Assembly (NCBI GenBank): GCA_045586685.1
Contig: JAZNAU010000038.1
Location: forward strand, 66,130 to 130,129
Source: Clostridia bacterium
GTDB lineage: Bacteria > Bacillota > Clostridia > HGM11514
Direction of reading: 5' to 3'
DNA length: 64,000 nt
Both the position numbers and the translations under genes were made by a program. Below are positions 59,636 through 64,000 of this stretch, piece by piece. A model generated the notes under the pieces. The model worked only from the letters and a program-made list of their open reading frames with translations, did no database searches and was not told the DNA's origin. Every line of letters starts with the position of its first letter. Positions within the stretch are counted from its first letter, which is position 1.

Positions 59636-62283
59636 GTTTTGTATATCCTAACAGAACGGCTAACGCACTTATGGATATAAATTTCACAGCAAATCAAGGT
59701 GAGTTTGTTCTGCTTTGCGGGAAATCGGGTTGTGGTAAGACTACATTGTTAAGGCTCTTGAAATCATCCCTTGCACCACACGGTGAAATAAACGGAACTA
59801 TTTATTTTAACGGGAAACCTCTGTCAAGCTACAATACCAAAGAACAGGCGTCAGGCATTGGCTTTGTCATGCAGAATCCCGACAATCAGATTGTAACCGA
59901 TAAGGTATGGCACGAGCTTGCGTTCGGCTTAGAGAGTCTTGGATATAAGCAAAATGAAATAAGAACAAGGGTGTCAGAAATGGCATCATTTTTTGGTATG
60001 CAGAATTGGTTTTACAAAAATATATCCGAGCTTTCCGGCGGACAGAAGCAACTCTTAAACCTTGCATCTGTTATGGTTATGCAGCCCTCGGTTTTAATAT
60101 TGGACGAGCCTACAAGTCAGCTTGATCCAATCGCCGCAGGTGAGTTTTTGAAAACGTTAGAGAAAATAAACCGTGAGCTGGGCACTACCGTTATTCTCAC
60201 CGAGCATCGCTTGGAGGAAGCTTTCCCAATGGCAGACAGAGTGATTGTAATGGACGAGGGCAAAATTATTGTAAACGAAGTACCTATAGAGGCGGGCAAA
60301 ATTCTCAAATTAAAAAATCACGAAATGCTAAAAGCTCTTCCTTCTCCTATGCGAGTTCACGGATGCGTTGAAAGCCCTCTCCCCTGTCCTCTGACTGTAA
60401 GAGACGGAAGAGCTTGGCTTGAAGAATTTTCAAGGGAAAACACTTTAAATCCCGATGTCATTCCTGAGGATACTTTGAAAGAAAATAATGACATTGTTAT
60501 CGAAATGAACGATGTATGGTTCCGATACGAAAAGGAACTACCCGATGTAGTGAAGGGATTCAATGTAAGCATCAAAAAGGGAGAGTTGTTTTGTCTTATG
60601 GGTGGTAACGGAACAGGAAAAACTACAGCACTTTCTCTTATATCAGGTCTGAACAAACCATACAGAGGAGATGTGCAGATTTTAGGGCAAAGCATTTCTA
60701 AAATTAAGCATTTGTATGAAGGCTTGCTGGGTGTGCTTCCGCAAAATCCCCAGAGCGTATTTGTGAAGAAAACCGTTTATCTTGATTTAATGGAAATACT
60801 CTCCGATAAGAAGCTATCCAAAGAAGAAAAAGAACAAAAGATACAAAACATATCGGTGCTTTGCAGAATTGAAACTCTATTAGAAAGTCATCCCTACGAT
60901 TTATCAGGCGGTGAACAACAAAGAACCGCACTTGCAAAGATTCTTCTTATGGAACCTGAAATACTGCTTCTTGACGAGCCCACAAAAGGAATGGATGCAC
61001 CATTTAAAGAAGAATTTGCAGATATTCTTTTGGACTTAAAAACAAATGGCGTTACCATTCTTATGGTATCTCACGATATTGAGTTTTGTGCTGAATATGC
61101 CGACAGATGTGCTCTTGTTTTTGATGGCAGTTTAACATCGGTTGATACACCGAGAGCATTTTTCAAAGGCAAGAACTTCTACACCACATCCGCAAATCGT
61201 ATGGCAAGAACACGCCTTCCTAATGCAGTTTTGGCAGAAGATATTATTCTTGCCTGTGGTGGTCATGGATTAAAGAAAAAAGAACAACCCAGAAATATAG
61301 AATTACATAAGCTTCAAAAGAAAAAAAAGCCACAAGAAAAAACGGTAAAAAAACTGACTTCCGCAAAAATGATTATCGGTAGTTTATTCGCAATCCTTTT
61401 TGTGTTAATGTGCCTACCGATGAAAATGGAGTTCCATGTATTCAATGTGGATGTAACAGCTTTTGCCAATTCAGGCGTTTATCAGGGGGCTACGATCATG
61501 CTCTTGTTTGCATGTTGTTTCTGCTTCTTTCCTCAAAAAGACGTTGGAATAGAAGTACTGCAAGTTCCAAAATCAGACCGAAAACTGACAAAAAGAACCC
61601 TTATGGCAACATTTCTGATACTGCTTTTAATACCCCTTACCATTTATATCGGTGTTTTCTTCTTGGGTGACAGAAAGTATTATTTGATAAGTCTTTTCAT
61701 CATTCTTGAAACTTTGATTCCCTTTTGTATGGTATTTGAATCAAGAAAGCCAAAAGCAAGAGAGCTTATTGTAATAAGTGTACTCTGTGCTATTGCAGTT
61801 TCAGGAAGGATAATATTCGTTCTATTACCCCAATTTAAACCCGTAATTGCACTGATTATTATTGCAGGTGTTTGTTTTGGCGGTGAAACGGGATTCTTGG
61901 TAGGTGCAGTAACAGGGTTTGTTTCAAACTTTTTCCTTGGACAAGGACCGTGGACACCATGGCAGATGTTTTCCTTTGGCATTATTGGATTTATCGCAGG
62001 AATTCTATTTAAAAAGGGACTTCTTCGTAAATCCAAGCTATCTCTTTGCATCTTCGGATTTGTTGCAACACTTTTGATATACGGCGGAATTATGAACCCC
62101 GCATCTGTAATCATGTATCAGGCAAACCCTACAAAATCAATGATAATCTCTGCCTGGATTATGGGAATACCCTACGACTTAATTCACGCATTAGGGACAG
62201 TCTTCTTCCTATGGTTCATCTCCGAGCCAATGATAGATAAGCTTGAAAGAATGAAAGTCAAATATGGATTGATTGAAAGATAA
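59608..62283 (+). CDS. ECF double ATPase fused to an S component (probable corrinoid uptake)
   Basis: Two NBDs (GKSGCGKT/LSGGQ/DEP; GGNGTGKT/LSGGE/DEP); C-terminal LPQFKPV...GQGPWTPWQM; start ATG 59608 after GGAGGTG. Confidence 0.85.
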   Translation: MECFKIENLSFVYPNRTANALMDINFTANQGEFVLLCGKSGCGKTTLLRLLKSSLAPHGEINGTIYFNGKPLSSYNTKEQASGIGFVMQNPDNQIVTDKVWHELAFGLESLGYKQNEIRTRVSEMASFFGMQNWFYKNISELSGGQKQLLNLASVMVMQPSVLILDEPTSQLDPIAAGEFLKTLEKINRELGTTVILTEHRLEEAFPMADRVIVMDEGKIIVNEVPIEAGKILKLKNHEMLKALPSPMRVHGCVESPLPCPLTVRDGRAWLEEFSRENTLNPDVIPEDTLKENNDIVIEMNDVWFRYEKELPDVVKGFNVSIKKGELFCLMGGNGTGKTTALSLISGLNKPYRGDVQILGQSISKIKHLYEGLLGVLPQNPQSVFVKKTVYLDLMEILSDKKLSKEEKEQKIQNISVLCRIETLLESHPYDLSGGEQQRTALAKILLMEPEILLLDEPTKGMDAPFKEEFADILLDLKTNGVTILMVSHDIEFCAEYADRCALVFDGSLTSVDTPRAFFKGKNFYTTSANRMARTRLPNAVLAEDIILACGGHGLKKKEQPRNIELHKLQKKKKPQEKTVKKLTSAKMIIGSLFAILFVLMCLPMKMEFHVFNVDVTAFANSGVYQGATIMLLFACCFCFFPQKDVGIEVLQVPKSDRKLTKRTLMATFLILLLIPLTIYIGVFFLGDRKYYLISLFIILETLIPFCMVFESRKPKARELIVISVLCAIAVSGRIIFVLLPQFKPVIALIIIAGVCFGGETGFLVGAVTGFVSNFFLGQGPWTPWQMFSFGIIGFIAGILFKKGLLRKSKLSLCIFGFVATLLIYGGIMNPASVIMYQANPTKSMIISAWIMGIPYDLIHALGTVFFLWFISEPMIDKLERMKVKYGLIER

Positions 62284-62391
62284 AAAGTATCAATGCAAAA
62301 ACTCTGTAAGACACGTATGTAATATAATTACAAGCCACATTTTATTTCTCAAGCTCAGTCGGAGTATGGCTTTGCAGGTTTTTAACCCTGA

Positions 62392-63408
62392 TTATTTGTC
62401 CTGAATTACAAAAAAATCTGCGTTCTTCAATGCATAAGCTTTTGCAGGAAAGAAAAAGAAGTTCAAAAGCTTAACTTTCCTTGCAATCACCGCTGTCATT
62501 ACAGAAAATAAAAGTCCGAAAACGGTTCCTAAAAGAATATGAATCCACCACTGGGGTATATTCATACGAATCAACATTATTCTTATTCCGGCAGTAAATA
62601 TGGTGTGTAATAAGTATATTTGAAAAGAATACTTACTTACGAAATCCAGAAAACGAGCCACAGTTTTACAGCATTGGAGCATAGAAATAAACATAATACT
62701 TGAATATATTCCAAACAACATCATGAATTCCTTTATGAATGGAGTTTCTATTTTGTTTAGTAAAACAAGCACGACACCTGTTACTATATGAATAAACACA
62801 ATTAACCATTTAGACCAATTCGAGAGATTTGTAATGCTTTTAAAATTTACAAATGTTCCCATTCCAAAGGCAAGTGCCGAATAAAATACCACATTCAAGT
62901 TTCCAAGAGAAATACCAAAAAGCGGAGCTAAATAGCCTATCAAAACAATAATAAGTGTAATTTCCCAATTTTTTATCATTCCTGAAAAAGCTGTCCAAAT
63001 ACCAAACAAAAAAAACAGTGCATACAAAAACCAATATTGAGCAACAGGGGTTTTCCATATATAAAGAATATCCGAAACTAAAAAACCTGTATTTGATTCT
63101 CCAACCAAACTGTTTATCAAGATATAAACAACTGAAAAAGCTATGTATGGAACACCTATCGTATAAAGCTTATAGAGAATAAAACCTGACTTGGTTTTCT
63201 TACTTTTCCATTCTCCCGTAACTTGATAGACAACACCGCTCAAAAACAGAAAAAGCGCAACATGGAAAGACCATATAAACTTTTCCATTCCCCAAAAAAA
63301 CTTAGGAATATCTAAGCCGGCAAGTCTGATTCCCATAATAACATGACCGAACAGAACCAAAAAACAGGCATATCCTTTTAGTCTGTCCACAAGCACATTT
63401 CTTTCCAT
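62392..63408 (-). CDS. Acyltransferase-3 family membrane protein
   Basis: DRLKG..CFLVLFGH, FHVALFLFLSG, QYWFL, SFQIYLLH. Confidence 0.9.
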   Translation of the reverse strand: MERNVLVDRLKGYACFLVLFGHVIMGIRLAGLDIPKFFWGMEKFIWSFHVALFLFLSGVVYQVTGEWKSKKTKSGFILYKLYTIGVPYIAFSVVYILINSLVGESNTGFLVSDILYIWKTPVAQYWFLYALFFLFGIWTAFSGMIKNWEITLIIVLIGYLAPLFGISLGNLNVVFYSALAFGMGTFVNFKSITNLSNWSKWLIVFIHIVTGVVLVLLNKIETPFIKEFMMLFGIYSSIMFISMLQCCKTVARFLDFVSKYSFQIYLLHTIFTAGIRIMLIRMNIPQWWIHILLGTVFGLLFSVMTAVIARKVKLLNFFFFPAKAYALKNADFFVIQDK

Positions 63409-63440
63409 CTTGCACCTCCTTAAACCTATTTATATTTTTC

Positions 63441-64000
63441 TTATTTGCTCCTACAGGTTGAAGAAACAATATATTTTGGTCGTCCTTTGATTTCATCGTA
63501 AATACGGGCAACATAATATCCGATAATACCAAGACTTATCATCATAATACTTCCTATAAATATCAGGATAATGATAACGGTAGTCATACCCTCAAGGGCA
63601 ATGCCGCGAATTTTATCAATCAGTGCCCAAACACTGAAAATAGCCGTAATAATAAGCATTATAACCCCAAGTATCGTCACAATCTGCATAGGTGCAGTCG
63701 AATATGCCGAAATATTTGAAACAGCATATTACAAAAGACCTATGGCAGACCATTTTGATTCACCTTCAAGTGTTTCATTACCCTCAAATTCAACAGTTGT
63801 TTTGTGATATCCAACCCAAAAAGAAATCGCTCTGAAGAAGCCTTTTCTTTCGGGAATTTTATTGAGTATATCTACAACTTTACGGTCAAGCAGTTTAAAG
63901 TCAGAAGCGTTTGACATATCAAATCCTACTACCGAACTAATAATTGAATAAAACTTTCTTGCAGCAAAGCCATGCATTTTGCTTTCTTTGCCTCTTGTTT
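63441..64000 (-). pseudogene. GT2 GtrB-like glycosyltransferase, 5'-truncated by the window edge, with an in-frame TAA
   Basis: SDFKLLDRKVV...GESKW...GLL*YAVSNISAYSTAPMQ...GYYVARIYDEIKGRPKY read in one frame; TAA at 63729-63731. Confidence 0.8.

Noticed and set aside
1-64000. CRISPR arrays, tRNA/rRNA genes, IS elements
   Set aside because: No spaced repeats, cloverleaf or transposase motifs seen by eye; intergenic gaps are short and largely accounted for

Overview
This is a gene-dense core chromosomal segment of a spore-forming Clostridia-type bacterium (standard genetic code, many near-consensus sigma-A promoters). In order it carries: an OmpR-family RR/HK/htrA module, capA-like gene, ychF, mutY, a polar amino-acid ABC transporter, spoIIM-xerD, proC, aspC, rplS-lepB-rbgA-rnhB-yraN, the rimP-nusA-infB-rbfA-truB-ribF operon, three M42 peptidase paralogues, murD, an amidase, ruvAB, argGH, rubrerythrin, a SASP, a GH3, argDF-GNAT, pflBA, a pur-fhs operon, an ECF transporter and surface-modification genes. 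I saw no transposase, prophage, tRNA/rRNA or CRISPR array. The most notable items missing from the ORF track are: (1) a stand-alone 56-aa ORF (6336-6506) with its own promoter, leader hairpin, strong RBS and terminator, whose N-terminus looks like a RiPP leader; (2) two ZMP/ZTP riboswitches driving convergent pflBA and pur-fhs operons, next to a cobalamin riboswitch; (3) a catalytically degenerate M42 paralogue interrupted by one in-frame TGA; (4) a XerD with HxxR changed to QxxR behind a sigma-E-like promoter; (5) a sigma-G-like promoter for rubrerythrin inside the argGH terminator. All calls come from reading motifs by eye; no database searches were run, so novelty is unverified.
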